The position numbers and the translations under genes are program-made. From Kiloniellaceae bacterium (GTDB taxonomy: Bacteria > Pseudomonadota > Alphaproteobacteria > Kiloniellales > J153): a DNA stretch of 64,000 bases. This document shows, piece after piece, positions 54,433 through 64,000 of the stretch. Location: contig JAJFGP010000116.1 in the NCBI GenBank assembly GCA_021776055.1, positions 13,547 to 77,546 on the forward strand, read 5' to 3'. The notes under the pieces are model-generated. The model did no database searches. It was not told the origin of the DNA and saw nothing but the letters and a program-made list of their open reading frames with translations. Position 1 is the first letter of the stretch. Each line of letters begins with the position of its first letter.

Positions 54433-54933
54433 ATGGCGTTTTACGAGTGCGTGTTCATTGCACGCCAAGACATTTCGGCCACCCAGGCCGAAGCCCTTGC
54501 GGACCAGTTTTCTGGTGTCATCGAAGAGAACGGTGGCCAGGTCGGCAAGAAAGAGATGTGGGGCCTGCGTAACATGGCCTACCGCATCAAGAAGAATCGC
54601 AAAGGTCACTACATTCTGCTCAATCTCGACGCGCCGGCCGCCGCGGTGCACGAGATGGAGCGAACCATGCGTCTTAACGAAGACGTTCTGCGCTATCTGA
54701 CCGTGCGTGTCCCCGAGTTGGAGACAGAGCCATCGGTGGTGGTGCAGAGCCGGCATAGCCGAGACGATAGAGGTGGCCGGGGCGGCGACCGGGGTGGCCC
54801 ACGCGGTGGCTTCCGTGGTGATCGCGAGGACAGGGATTCCCGTCCGCCGCGCGAACAACGCGAGGCTAGCGCACCTGCAAGCCCTCCGCCCAGCGCCCCG
54901 CAAGACTCGGATAACAAGGAGTCCGAAGCATGA
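54433..54933 (+). CDS. rpsF: 30S ribosomal protein S6 (with RGG-rich/acidic C-terminal tail)
   Basis: [13 protein letters not shown]...[11 protein letters not shown]. Tail begins at about residue 101. Confidence 0.92.
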   Translation: MAFYECVFIARQDISATQAEALADQFSGVIEENGGQVGKKEMWGLRNMAYRIKKNRKGHYILLNLDAPAAAVHEMERTMRLNEDVLRYLTVRVPELETEPSVVVQSRHSRDDRGGRGGDRGGPRGGFRGDREDRDSRPPREQREASAPASPPPSAPQDSDNKESEA

Positions 54934-55187
54934 CGATCGAGGTTGTCAGCAAATCGGCGGGCACACGCCGACCGTTTTTTCGCCGCCGCAAGAGCTGCCC
55001 GTTCTCGGGTCCGAAAGCGATCAAGATCGATTACAAGGACGTGCGGACGTTGCAGCGCTTCATCTCGGAGCGTGGCAAAATGGTGCCTAGCCGAATCACC
55101 GCCGTCTCGACCAAGAAGCAGCGGGAGTTGTCGAAAGCGATCAAGCGGGCGCGCTTCCTAGCGCTCATCCCGTACCTGGTCCAGTAG
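54930..55187 (+). CDS. rpsR: 30S ribosomal protein S18
   Basis: [10 protein letters not shown]...[25 protein letters not shown]. Confidence 0.92.
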   Translation: MTIEVVSKSAGTRRPFFRRRKSCPFSGPKAIKIDYKDVRTLQRFISERGKMVPSRITAVSTKKQRELSKAIKRARFLALIPYLVQ

Positions 55188-55202
55188 CGGAAAGCCGAAC
55201 CC

Positions 55203-55823
55203 ATGCAAGTAATTCTCCTGGAGCGGATCGAAAAGCTCGGCCAGATGGGTGACGTTGTCACCGTCAAGCCGGGCTATGCCCGCAACTATCTGCTGCCGCA
55301 GCGTAAGGCGCGGCGGGCCACGAATGAGAATTTGGCCCAGTTCGAACAGCAACGTACCCAGCTCGAAGCGGAAAACCTGACGCGCCGCGACGAAGCGCAG
55401 AAGGTCGGTGAGAAGTTGGACGGCCAGGTTGTTGTCCTGATCCGGCAAGCCGGCGAGTCAGGGCACCTGTACGGCTCGGCCACCGCGCGCGACTTGGCCG
55501 AAGCGGTGACCGCTGCCGGCTTCACGATCACCCGCGATCAGGTCAGTCTGGATGCCGTGATCAAGAATCTGGGCCTGCATAAAGTGAAAATCCGTTTGCA
55601 CCCCGAGGTCACGGTAAGCGTAACAGCAAATGTAGCGCGCACGGACGCCGAGGCCGAGGCGCAATATAGTACCGGCCACATCGTCAGTGCCGAGGATCTG
55701 CAAGCCGCCGTCGAAGCCGCCGGCGCGGAGAAGAAAGCAGCGCTGGCCGCCATCGAAGCGGAAGAATCGAGTGACGAAGAATCGGAAGAGGCCGAATCGG
55801 CTCCGGACTCCAAAGAAAGCTAA
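55203..55823 (+). CDS. rplI: 50S ribosomal protein L9 (with about 60-aa acidic C-terminal extension)
   Basis: [32 protein letters not shown]. Confidence 0.92.
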   Translation: MQVILLERIEKLGQMGDVVTVKPGYARNYLLPQRKARRATNENLAQFEQQRTQLEAENLTRRDEAQKVGEKLDGQVVVLIRQAGESGHLYGSATARDLAEAVTAAGFTITRDQVSLDAVIKNLGLHKVKIRLHPEVTVSVTANVARTDAEAEAQYSTGHIVSAEDLQAAVEAAGAEKKAALAAIEAEESSDEESEEAESAPDSKES

Positions 55824-55866
55824 CCCGCGCACACTAACGACTAGTCGGGTAGACACAGAGAAAATA

Positions 55867-55893
55867 CGGCTTGCAACGCGGGCCGTTTTTTTT
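55867..55893 (+). terminator. rho-independent terminator of the rpsF-rpsR-rplI operon
   Basis: Stem CGGCTTG / CGGGCCG (7 bp including two G-U pairs), 5-nt loop CAACG, followed by eight T (55886..55893). Confidence 0.75.
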
Positions 55894-55991
55894 CACGGTC
55901 ATTTTATCCCCGCGACTCACTGACAAACAGACGCAGAAATACAAAAAGCAACAGTGCACGATGCACCTGTGTTCTGGTATTGTCGGTCATC

Positions 55992-57521
55992 ATGGATCGC
56001 AATCAGCACACAAACGTGGCAGCCCTGCCGCAGGCTACGGGGGAAGACGATTCTTTTCGTCGCCCACCGGTCAACTACGAAGCCGAGCAGGCATTGTTGG
56101 GCGCCGTCCTGGCCAACAACCGGGCCTATGAAAAGGTTGCCGACTTTCTACAGCCCGATCATTTCGCCGATGGCGCGCATGGACGTGTCTACGCGGCTTG
56201 CGGCAAACTGATCGAGCGTGGGCAAGTCGCCAACGCGGTCACTCTGAAAAATCTATTCGAGCAGGATGAAGCGCTGACCGAGGTCGGGGGCGCTCAGTAT
56301 CTGGCCAAGCTGCAAAGCAGCTATGTCACCATCATCAACGCCATCGACTATGGCCGCACCATCCACGATCTGTTCCTGCGCCGCGAACTGATCGCCCTGG
56401 GCGAGGATGTGGTGAACGACGCCTTCGAGCAGGACCTGGACATCACCGCCACGAACCAGATCGAAACGGCCGAGCAGAAGCTTTACAACCTGGCCGAGGT
56501 CGGCCAAAGCGAGGGCGGTTTCCGCAACTTCAAGTCGGCCGTTATCGAAGCGGTCGAGATGACCGAAGCGGCGCTGAAGCGCGACAGCCATGTCGCCGGT
56601 GTGTCTTCTGGCTTCCGCGATCTGGATAAGCTGCTCGGCGGCATGCATAAGTCAGATCTGATCATCCTCGCCGCCCGCCCGTCTATGGGCAAGACATCGC
56701 TGGCAACGAATATCGCCTACAACGCCGCCTCGACCCGGCGGCGGGAGAGCGCACCCGACGGCACCCCTATCGAGGTGCCCGAGGTGGTTGCCTTCTTCTC
56801 GCTGGAGATGTCAACCGAACAACTGGCCACCCGCATTCTGTCCGAGCAGGCACATGTGCGCTCGGACGCCATGCGGCGTGGTGAGATTCGCGACGACGAA
56901 TTCGACCGCGTCTTCGAAGCCAGCCGCGCCCTGCATGCCTTGCCACTGTTTATCGACGATACCCCATCGCTTTCCATCCCAGCCCTGCGTACTCGTGCCC
57001 GGCGCCTGAAGCGGCAACACGGCTTGAGCTTGATCGTCGTCGACTACATACAACTCATGCAAAGTCCGCCTGGCATGCGCAGCGATAACCGGGTGCAAGA
57101 GGTCTCCGAGATCACCCGTGGCTTGAAGGCCGTGGCAAAGGAATTGAACGTGCCGGTCATCGCCCTCTCGCAGCTCTCGCGGCAAACGGAGCAGCGCGAC
57201 GACAAGCGGCCGCAGTTGTCCGACCTGCGCGAGTCCGGTTCCATTGAGCAAGACGCGGACGTGGTACTCTTCATTTACCGCGAGGAATATTACCTCGCGC
57301 GCGAGCGGCCGACGCAGCGGCCGAGCGAAAGCAGCGAACGGTTTAGCGAGCGCCAGAGCAGTTATGACGAACGGCTGGAGTCGGCACGCAACAAAGCCGA
57401 GATAATCATCGGCAAGCAGCGGCACGGACCCATCGGCACCATCGAGTTGCACTTCCAAGGCGAGTTCACGCAGTTCAACGATTTGTTCCCGGACGATCAT
57501 CTGCCCGATGTCCGAAACTGA
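55992..57521 (+). CDS. dnaB: replicative DNA helicase
   Basis: [16 protein letters not shown] and Walker [15 protein letters not shown]. No intein-like insertion. ATG 55992 preferred over TTG 55980. Confidence 0.92.
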   Translation: MDRNQHTNVAALPQATGEDDSFRRPPVNYEAEQALLGAVLANNRAYEKVADFLQPDHFADGAHGRVYAACGKLIERGQVANAVTLKNLFEQDEALTEVGGAQYLAKLQSSYVTIINAIDYGRTIHDLFLRRELIALGEDVVNDAFEQDLDITATNQIETAEQKLYNLAEVGQSEGGFRNFKSAVIEAVEMTEAALKRDSHVAGVSSGFRDLDKLLGGMHKSDLIILAARPSMGKTSLATNIAYNAASTRRRESAPDGTPIEVPEVVAFFSLEMSTEQLATRILSEQAHVRSDAMRRGEIRDDEFDRVFEASRALHALPLFIDDTPSLSIPALRTRARRLKRQHGLSLIVVDYIQLMQSPPGMRSDNRVQEVSEITRGLKAVAKELNVPVIALSQLSRQTEQRDDKRPQLSDLRESGSIEQDADVVLFIYREEYYLARERPTQRPSESSERFSERQSSYDERLESARNKAEIIIGKQRHGPIGTIELHFQGEFTQFNDLFPDDHLPDVRN

Positions 57522-58641
57522 GCCGGCCGCAACCGACAATGCGGCGCGCGCTGGCGCCATTCTTCATATCGACCTTGCGGCCGTGCAGGCCAACTACCGG
57601 GCTCTGGCAGCACGTACCAACGGCGCTTGCGCCGCCGTGGTCAAGGCGGATGCGTATGGCCTGGGCACAACGCGTGTCGCCCCGGCGTTGGCGCGTGCCG
57701 GCGCAACCACGTTTTTCACGGCCTTGCTCGACGAGGCCATCGCCGTGCGTCATAGCCTGGCGGAGATAACGCCGGCGCCGGTCGTCTACGTCCTAAACGG
57801 ATTGGCCGCCGGGCCGGCTACCGATTTCCTGACGCACGACATAACCCCCGCGCTCAACAGCCTGGGCGAAATTGAGACATGGGCCGCGGCGGCACGCGCC
57901 GCCGGGCGCGCCCTGCCCGCCGCGATTCACATTGACACGGGCATGAACCGCCTGGGCCTGCCGCCAGCGGAGATGGACGTGCTGGCCGCCGAACCGGACC
58001 GCCTATCTGGTATTGATGTGCGTTACATGATGAGCCACCTGGCTTGTGCCGAGGATCCGGATCATCCGCTCAACAGCGAGCAACTCGCCACCTTTACGGC
58101 GGCACGGGCGCGATTGCCCAAGGCCCCCGCCAGCTTGGCCAATTCTTCCGGTATCTTCCTGGGGTCGGCGTATCATTTCGATCTGGTGCGTCCCGGTGCC
58201 GCGCTTTACGGCATCAACCCAACCCCCGGCCGTTCCAATCCCATGAAACAAGTCATTCATCTGCAAGGAAAAATTCTACAGGTGCGCGAGATTGACGCTC
58301 CCCGGACCGTTGGTTATGGTGCGACCCACCGCGCTGCCGGGCCGACACGAGTCGCAACCGTCGCCGTCGGTTATGCGGATGGGTATCTCCGGTCGTTGTC
58401 CAGTTGCGGCAGCGCCTGGATCGGCGGACAGCGGGTGTCTTTAATCGGGCGGGTATCAATGGATCTCACGACATTCGACGTGACCGAGGTGTCGCGCGAC
58501 GCAACGCGTCCGGGCGCATTGGTGGACCTCATCGGCGCGGATATAAGCGCCGACGATGTGGCCGAATCGGCGGGGACCCTCGGGTACGAGATCCTCACCG
58601 GCCTCGGGCATCGCTATCACCGCGTCTATTCGGGCGATTGA
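57508..58641 (+). CDS. alr: alanine racemase
   Basis: PLP-lysine motif AVVKADAYGLG. 14-nt overlap with the dnaB end. Confidence 0.88.
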   Translation: MSETEPAATDNAARAGAILHIDLAAVQANYRALAARTNGACAAVVKADAYGLGTTRVAPALARAGATTFFTALLDEAIAVRHSLAEITPAPVVYVLNGLAAGPATDFLTHDITPALNSLGEIETWAAAARAAGRALPAAIHIDTGMNRLGLPPAEMDVLAAEPDRLSGIDVRYMMSHLACAEDPDHPLNSEQLATFTAARARLPKAPASLANSSGIFLGSAYHFDLVRPGAALYGINPTPGRSNPMKQVIHLQGKILQVREIDAPRTVGYGATHRAAGPTRVATVAVGYADGYLRSLSSCGSAWIGGQRVSLIGRVSMDLTTFDVTEVSRDATRPGALVDLIGADISADDVAESAGTLGYEILTGLGHRYHRVYSGD

Positions 58642-58653
58642 GGGACCTGCCGC

Positions 58654-59427
58654 GTGCCGATTTTGCAACCTCTTGGCCGGACATTTCTGCTTTTCCTGCA
58701 GGCGACCGGCCGCATTGTGCTTTTTACCTCCACGTCCGTCTCGCATTGCGTGCGGCCACCGATTTATCCGCGGCTGATTGGCCGGCAGATGATCGAGATC
58801 GGCTACTACTCGCTGCCGGTGGTGGGCCTGACCGCGATCTTCACCGGCATGGTGCTGGCTCTGCAAAGCTATACGGGCTTTGCCCGCTTTTCGGCGGAGA
58901 GCGCGATTCCGAACGTGGTGGTCGTTTCGATCACCCGCGAGCTTGGTCCCGTGCTCGCCGGCCTGATGGTTGCCGGACGGGTCGGCGCCGCCATGGCCGC
59001 CGAAATCGGCACCATGCGCGTGACCGAGCAAATCGATGCGCTGGATACGCTGGCCACCAACCCGTTCAAGTATCTGGTGGCCCCGCGCCTGATCGCCGGC
59101 CTGACCATGTTGCCTATACTGGTCCTGATCGCCGACATCATCGGCGTTTTCGGTGGCTATGTGGTCTCCAGCTACAAGCTCGGCTTCAACCCGGCGACCT
59201 ACCTGAAGAACACCATGGATTTCGTCGAGCCGCAGGACGTGATTTCCGGCCTGGTCAAAGCCGGCGTCTTCGGTTTCCTGGTGACACTGATGGGCTGCTA
59301 TCACGGTTATAATTCGCGCGGCGGGGCACAAGGCGTCGGCGCGGCAACCACCAATGCCGTGGTCTCCGCCTCGATCCTGATCCTTTGCTTCAACTATTTC
59401 ATTACCGAGTTGTTCTTCGCCCGATGA
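58654..59427 (+). CDS. mlaE: MlaE-family ABC transporter permease
   Basis: Family blocks ITRELGPVL and MRVTEQIDAL. GTG start. Confidence 0.85.
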   Translation: MPILQPLGRTFLLFLQATGRIVLFTSTSVSHCVRPPIYPRLIGRQMIEIGYYSLPVVGLTAIFTGMVLALQSYTGFARFSAESAIPNVVVVSITRELGPVLAGLMVAGRVGAAMAAEIGTMRVTEQIDALDTLATNPFKYLVAPRLIAGLTMLPILVLIADIIGVFGGYVVSSYKLGFNPATYLKNTMDFVEPQDVISGLVKAGVFGFLVTLMGCYHGYNSRGGAQGVGAATTNAVVSASILILCFNYFITELFFAR

Positions 59428-60194
59428 CCCCCAAGATTCGGATTCGCGGTCTACATAAGTCCTTTGGCGACAAAGTTGTATTGGACGGACTTGACCTCGA
59501 CATCGAGGCCGCTCAATCCGTCGTGGTCATCGGCGGCTCGGGCAGCGGCAAGTCGGTCTTGCTCAAATGCATCCTCGGATTGCTGACGCCCGAGGCCGGT
59601 AGCATCCAGGTGGACGGCGAGGAAGTGGTCCGCATGAACGGCCGCGATCTGGAACGGGTGCGCCGCAAGTTCGGTATGCTGTTCCAAAATTCCGCCCTGT
59701 TCGATTCCCTGCCGGTATGGGAGAACGTGGCCTTCGGTCTCATCCAGGGCGAGCGCATGGAGCGCGACGCGGCAAAGAAAATCGCCATCGAGAAGCTGGC
59801 CGCCGTCGGCCTGAAGCCGGAGGTGGGCGAGCTGTCGCCAGCGGAGCTATCCGGCGGCATGCGCAAGCGCGTCGGCCTAGCGCGCGCCATCGCCACCGCG
59901 CCGGAGATCATTTTTTTCGACGAGCCGACCACCGGCCTCGATCCGATCATGGGCGATGTCATCAACGATTTGATCGTCAAGTGCGTACGGCAACTGGGCG
60001 CGACGGCTTTGTCGATCACCCATGATATGGCCAGCGCTCGCAAGATCGCCGATCGGATCGCCATGCTCTATCAGGGTAAGATCATCTGGCATGGGCCGGT
60101 CGCCGAGATCGACTCCTCGGGCAACGCCCACGTGGATCAGTTCATCCATGGCCGCGCCGAGGGCCCGATCGAAATGCAGGTCCGCGCCATTTGA
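59424..60194 (+). CDS. mlaF: MlaF-family ABC transporter ATP-binding protein
   Basis: GGSGSGKSVL, LSGGMRKRVGLARA. ATGA overlap with mlaE. Confidence 0.85.
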   Translation: MTPKIRIRGLHKSFGDKVVLDGLDLDIEAAQSVVVIGGSGSGKSVLLKCILGLLTPEAGSIQVDGEEVVRMNGRDLERVRRKFGMLFQNSALFDSLPVWENVAFGLIQGERMERDAAKKIAIEKLAAVGLKPEVGELSPAELSGGMRKRVGLARAIATAPEIIFFDEPTTGLDPIMGDVINDLIVKCVRQLGATALSITHDMASARKIADRIAMLYQGKIIWHGPVAEIDSSGNAHVDQFIHGRAEGPIEMQVRAI

Positions 60195-60246
60195 GATACC
60201 CGGGCTCAACCCTCCACGTCGACCGCCGAGAGGTTCACATTTAGCC

Positions 60247-61701
60247 TTGGCCAAGACACACGCCCGTTTTGTCTGCCAGTCGTGTGGTGCCGCGACGACG
60301 CGCTGGAGCGGCCGTTGCGACGGCTGCGGCGGCTGGAACACCGTCGTCGAGGAAGCGCCGCGCGAAAGCGCTCCCGGCGGCCTGGCGACGGCCAGCCGTA
60401 AGCGCGGCCGCAGTATTGAATACGCCAGCATGGATGGTCCCGCCGAGGGCGCCCCGCGACGCGTCTGTGGTATAGCCGAGTTCGACCGGGTGTGCGGTGG
60501 CGGTCTGGTGCCCGGCTCCGCCATCCTCATCGGCGGCGATCCGGGCATCGGCAAGTCGACCCTGTTACTGCAAGTGGTTGCCGCCCTCGCCGGAAGTGGC
60601 ACCGGGGCGCCCGCGTGCCTGTACATCTCGGGCGAGGAAGCGGTGGAGCAGCTACGCCTGCGCGCCCGCCGTCTGGACCTGAGTCAGTCGCCGGTCCTGC
60701 TCGCCGCGGCGACGGCGGTGCGGGATATCGCGGCCAGCCTGGATGCCGCCGAGACGCCGGGGATTGTGGTCATCGACTCGATCCAGACCATGTTCGTGGA
60801 TAGCTTGGATTCAGCACCGGGCACGGTCTCGCAAGTCCGGGCCAGCGCTCAGGAGTTGATCCACCTGGCCAAGCGGCGTGGTTTTACCGTCTTGCTAGTC
60901 GGGCACGTCACCAAGGACGGCCAGATCGCCGGGCCCAAGGTGCTGGAGCACATGGTGGATGCCGTCCTCTCCTTCGAGGGCGAGCGTGGCCATCAGTTCC
61001 GCATCCTGCGGGCCACCAAGAACCGCTATGGGCCAACCGACGAGATCGGCGTCTTCGAGATGACCGACCGCGGCCTGATGGAGGTCCCCAACCCCTCCGC
61101 CCTGTTCCTGGCCGAGCGGCGGGGTAACGTCTCGGGCTCGGCCGTTTTCGCCGGCCTGGAGGGCACCCGGCCGCTTCTGGTCGAGGTACAGGCCCTGGTC
61201 TCCCCCTCCTCCCTGGCAACGCCCAGGCGGGCCGTGATCGGCTGGGACGCAGGCCGCTTGGCCATGGTCCTGGCGGTGCTGGAGGCAAGATGCGGGCTGG
61301 CATTGGCGGGCCGGGAGGTCTATCTAAATGTTGCCGGTGGCTTGCGGGTCAGCGAGCCGGCGGCCGATCTGGCCGTGGCGGCTGCCTTGGTTTCCGCTGC
61401 CAGCGACCAGCCGGTACCGGCCGAAATGGTGGTATTCGGCGAGATCGGCCTCTCCGGTGAGGTACGCGCGGTGAGCCAGCCGGAGGTGCGGCTGAAAGAG
61501 GCCGCCAAGTTGGGCTTTACCCGGGCCTTGGTGCCGCCGCGCCGTACGCGGCCCGGGGAGAAGGCCAAGGAGAAGCGCGAAGGTGGCGACCTGGAGATAC
61601 AGGAGATCGCCCATTTACAGGATCTTGTGGCCCGTTTTGCCGCCGAGGGGCCGCGACGGTCGAGCCAAGAGCCGGAGCGAAGGACCGTCGGCGGCGGTTG
61701 A
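60247..61701 (+). CDS. radA: DNA repair protein RadA/Sms
   Basis: Zinc finger CQSCG...CDGCGGWNT, GGDPGIGKSTLLLQ, KNRYGPTDE, and a Lon-like C-terminus. TTG 60247 gives the canonical (M)AK...FVCQSCG N-terminus. Confidence 0.88.
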   Translation: MAKTHARFVCQSCGAATTRWSGRCDGCGGWNTVVEEAPRESAPGGLATASRKRGRSIEYASMDGPAEGAPRRVCGIAEFDRVCGGGLVPGSAILIGGDPGIGKSTLLLQVVAALAGSGTGAPACLYISGEEAVEQLRLRARRLDLSQSPVLLAAATAVRDIAASLDAAETPGIVVIDSIQTMFVDSLDSAPGTVSQVRASAQELIHLAKRRGFTVLLVGHVTKDGQIAGPKVLEHMVDAVLSFEGERGHQFRILRATKNRYGPTDEIGVFEMTDRGLMEVPNPSALFLAERRGNVSGSAVFAGLEGTRPLLVEVQALVSPSSLATPRRAVIGWDAGRLAMVLAVLEARCGLALAGREVYLNVAGGLRVSEPAADLAVAAALVSAASDQPVPAEMVVFGEIGLSGEVRAVSQPEVRLKEAAKLGFTRALVPPRRTRPGEKAKEKREGGDLEIQEIAHLQDLVARFAAEGPRRSSQEPERRTVGGG

Positions 61702-61768
61702 CAGCGACAGTTGACGGCGGCGGCCGGAACGCCTACCCAGCACCCATAATCAGACGGACGCGCAGGCT

Positions 61769-62473
61769 TTGGACCTATCACCCATTAATCTGACCGATAT
61801 CGCGATCGCGCTGGTCATCCTTTCTTCCGGGCTGTTCGCGCTGTTCCGCGGGTTCGTTCACGAAATCCTGGCGGTCGTCTCGTGGGTGGGCGCCGCCGCC
61901 GCGACCCTGGTCGGCTTCCCCTTCGCACAGCCCGAGGTACGCAAGCTCATCGCCATCCCGCTGGTGGCCGATCTGGCCACCGGCGTCGCCATATTCCTGG
62001 TCGTTCTGGTGCTGCTGTCGATTCTCACCCGGATTCTAGCGAATCGGGTGCGCGGCAGCGGCCTTGGGCCCCTGGACCGCTCCCTGGGACTGGTCTTCGG
62101 CTTTGTCCGGGGCGCCCTGTTGGTGTGCATCGCCTGGCTGGTTCTTGTCTGGGTGCTGCCCCGGGAAGATCATCCGAGCTGGCTGCAACAGGCGCGCACA
62201 TTACCCCTGGTCGAGCAGGGCGGCGCCCTTCTGGTCGGTCTGCTGCCGGAACGCCTGCGCGGCGACCTGGCCGCCCCAGCCTCCGAAGACAGCAGCGCGG
62301 CGCCCACCCAGCAAAGCTTCCAAAGCCTGATCAACCCGCCCCCAAAAGCCGGTGCAACAGAGGATGAAGCCGGTTATAACGCGCGCATGCGGAACGAGAT
62401 GCAGCGGGCCATCGAGGCAACGACCCAAGGTGATTCCGGGAGTGATGCTGGCAGCAAGGCAGGGTCCGAATGA
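61769..62473 (+). CDS. cvpA: CvpA family membrane protein
   Basis: Four TM segments followed by a hydrophilic tail. Classic cvpA-purF pairing with ATGA overlap. TTG start. Confidence 0.75.
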   Translation: MDLSPINLTDIAIALVILSSGLFALFRGFVHEILAVVSWVGAAAATLVGFPFAQPEVRKLIAIPLVADLATGVAIFLVVLVLLSILTRILANRVRGSGLGPLDRSLGLVFGFVRGALLVCIAWLVLVWVLPREDHPSWLQQARTLPLVEQGGALLVGLLPERLRGDLAAPASEDSSAAPTQQSFQSLINPPPKAGATEDEAGYNARMRNEMQRAIEATTQGDSGSDAGSKAGSE

Positions 62474-63942
62474 TTAATACCCATCCCTTCGACCACCCCA
62501 TCGACCATGATGACGACAAGCTGCACGAGGAATGCGGCGTCTTCGGCATCCACGGTTTTGCCGATGCGGCAGCGCATACGGCCCTAGGCCTCCACGCCTT
62601 GCAGCACCGCGGCCAGGAAGCCGCCGGCATCGTCACCTACGATGGCCACCAATTCAACGCGCATCGCGACCTCGGCCTGGTCGGCGATACCTTCTCCAGC
62701 GAACAGATCATGAGGCGGCTGATCGGCCATTCGGCCATCGGCCACGTGCGCTATTCAACTGCCGGCGAGACGGTGCTGCGCAACGTGCAGCCGTTGTTCG
62801 CCCATTTGCAGTTCGGCGGCTTTGCCCTGGCGCATAACGGCAACCTGACCAACGCGCTGACGCTGCGCCAGCAACTAGCGCAGCGCGGATCGCTGTTCCA
62901 GTCGACCTCGGATACCGAAGTTATCGTGCACCTCATGGCGACGTCGGAATCCGGCAGCATGATAGATCGATTGACCGACGCCCTGCGCCAAATCGAAGGC
63001 GCTTATTCCCTCGTCGCGCTGACCGATTCATGCGTTATCGGCGTGCGCGACCCGTTGGGCGTGCGGCCGTTGGTCATCGGCCGCCTAGGCGACACCTACA
63101 TCATCGCCTCCGAGACCTGTGCCCTCGACATCATCGGCGCGCACTATGTGCGCGACGTCGAGGCGGGCGAGATGGTTGTGCTGGACGACTCCGGCATTCA
63201 CAGCCTGCGCCCCTTCCCGCCGGCTCGGCAACGCTTCTGCATATTCGAGCACATCTATTTTGCGCGCCCCGATTCGATCCTGGACGGCACCAGCGTCTAC
63301 CAGCGGCGTAAGCAGATCGGTACCGAGTTGGCGAGAGAGAGTGGCGTTGCCGCGGACGTGGTCGTCCCAGTTCCCGATTCAGGCGTGTCGGCCGCCATCG
63401 GTTATGCCGAGGCCTCGCGCATCCCCTTTGAGTTGGGCATCATCCGCAATCACTATGTCGGCCGGACCTTTATCGAACCGGGCCAGCAAATCCGCAATCT
63501 GGGCGTCCGGCTCAAGCACAATGCGAACCGCGCGGTACTGGACGGCAAGCGGGTCATCTTGGTCGACGATTCCATCGTGCGCGGCACCACGTCCGTAAAG
63601 ATTGTCGAGATGGTGCGCGCCGCCGGTGCCACCGAGGTACATATGCGCATCGCCGCGCCGCCGACGGCGCACCCGTGCTTCTATGGCATCGACACACCGG
63701 AACCAAGCGAGCTGTTGGCCGCGAAAATGGACGTCCCGGCGATGGCCAAGCATATCGGCGTCGACAGCCTGGCCTTCATTTCCATGGACGGCCTCTATCG
63801 GGCCATGGGCGAAACCGGCCGCGACCCCAATCAACCGCAATACTGCGACGCCTGTTTCACGGGCGAGTACCCGACGCTGCTGACCGATCACGAAGACAAG
63901 GACAACGTCGCGCAACTCTCCCTCCTGGCGGAGTTGGCGTAA
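62470..63942 (+). CDS. purF: amidophosphoribosyltransferase
   Basis: Propeptide then CGVFGI (Ntn Cys), PRT motif VILVDDSIVRGTT, and C-terminal Cys residues consistent with a 4Fe-4S cluster. Confidence 0.92.
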   Translation: MINTHPFDHPIDHDDDKLHEECGVFGIHGFADAAAHTALGLHALQHRGQEAAGIVTYDGHQFNAHRDLGLVGDTFSSEQIMRRLIGHSAIGHVRYSTAGETVLRNVQPLFAHLQFGGFALAHNGNLTNALTLRQQLAQRGSLFQSTSDTEVIVHLMATSESGSMIDRLTDALRQIEGAYSLVALTDSCVIGVRDPLGVRPLVIGRLGDTYIIASETCALDIIGAHYVRDVEAGEMVVLDDSGIHSLRPFPPARQRFCIFEHIYFARPDSILDGTSVYQRRKQIGTELARESGVAADVVVPVPDSGVSAAIGYAEASRIPFELGIIRNHYVGRTFIEPGQQIRNLGVRLKHNANRAVLDGKRVILVDDSIVRGTTSVKIVEMVRAAGATEVHMRIAAPPTAHPCFYGIDTPEPSELLAAKMDVPAMAKHIGVDSLAFISMDGLYRAMGETGRDPNQPQYCDACFTGEYPTLLTDHEDKDNVAQLSLLAELA

Positions 63943-64000
63943 GAGTCTGGAGCATGTTCAGGCGCATCCTCAACGGCCTTGCGGGGGTCGGCGGCGCTGG

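Noticed and set aside
1-64000. Search for CRISPR arrays, tRNA/rRNA genes, IS elements, integrases, phage genes, toxin-antitoxin pairs or known defence-system genes
   Set aside because: The intergenic regions are short, the longest being about 280 bp at 2505..2787, 30961..31240 and 54158..54432. None shows cloverleaf-like or repeat-spacer structure, and no ORF has transposase, integrase or defence-type motifs. This was an inspection by eye only, so tRNAscan or Infernal could still find small RNAs.

Overview
High-GC chromosomal segment whose gene content and synteny look alphaproteobacterial, probably Rhodospirillales-like (inference from HdaA, a DUF1849/EipB-like protein, an orphan aa3 subunit-IV-like mini-protein, and a fused lptFG-lptD-surA-pdxA-rsmA block). 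All identifications come from reading motifs in the supplied translations; no database search was possible. The window is almost entirely housekeeping genes: about 64 protein-coding loci. I saw no rRNA or tRNA gene, no transposase, integrase or phage gene, and no CRISPR array.

Gene order:
- dinB 3' end, then a methyltransferase, an EipB-like protein, a GGDEF cyclase and aguA.
- aspS, then a HAD hydrolase, rnd, an M23 peptidase and a TPR protein.
- A small accessory trio: DUF6065-like, GNAT and CmcI-like methyltransferase.
- A polyphosphate neighbourhood: ppx-ppk1, a SixA-like phosphatase and a CYTH-CHAD protein.
- A JmjC-type cupin and an SDR.
- hdaA, an AI-2E permease, a PgsA-like protein and DUF2066, divergent from purM-purN.
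- A circularly permuted ATP-grasp / alpha-E / transglutaminase operon.
- ndk, an ABC-F ATPase and a DMT transporter.
- holC-pepA divergent from lptF-lptG-lptD-surA-pdxA-rsmA.
- A nitroreductase-MarR-GNAT islet.
- gmk, yicC, an SDR, and mltG-fabF-acpP-fabG-fabD.
- rpsF-rpsR-rplI, dnaB-alr, mlaE-mlaF, and radA-cvpA-purF.

I did not find a clear-cut new multi-gene system such as a defence island. The observations most worth a second look are:
1. An in-frame TAA splits the essential aspS gene exactly at a conserved Tyr codon.
2. The uncharacterised ATP-grasp/alpha-E/transglutaminase operon lacks the frequently associated Anbu peptidase gene. It sits next to a truncated ACC-deaminase-family remnant and carries an AT-rich internal spacer.
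3. A perfect 42-bp AT-rich palindrome overlaps a near-consensus promoter in front of a nitroreductase-MarR operon.
4. In the ppk1/ppx neighbourhood, a SixA-type histidine phosphatase is transcribed divergently from ppk1, and the CYTH-CHAD protein carries a roughly 100-aa charged insertion.
5. A 40-codon aa3 subunit-IV-like ORF falls below the ORF-track cutoff.
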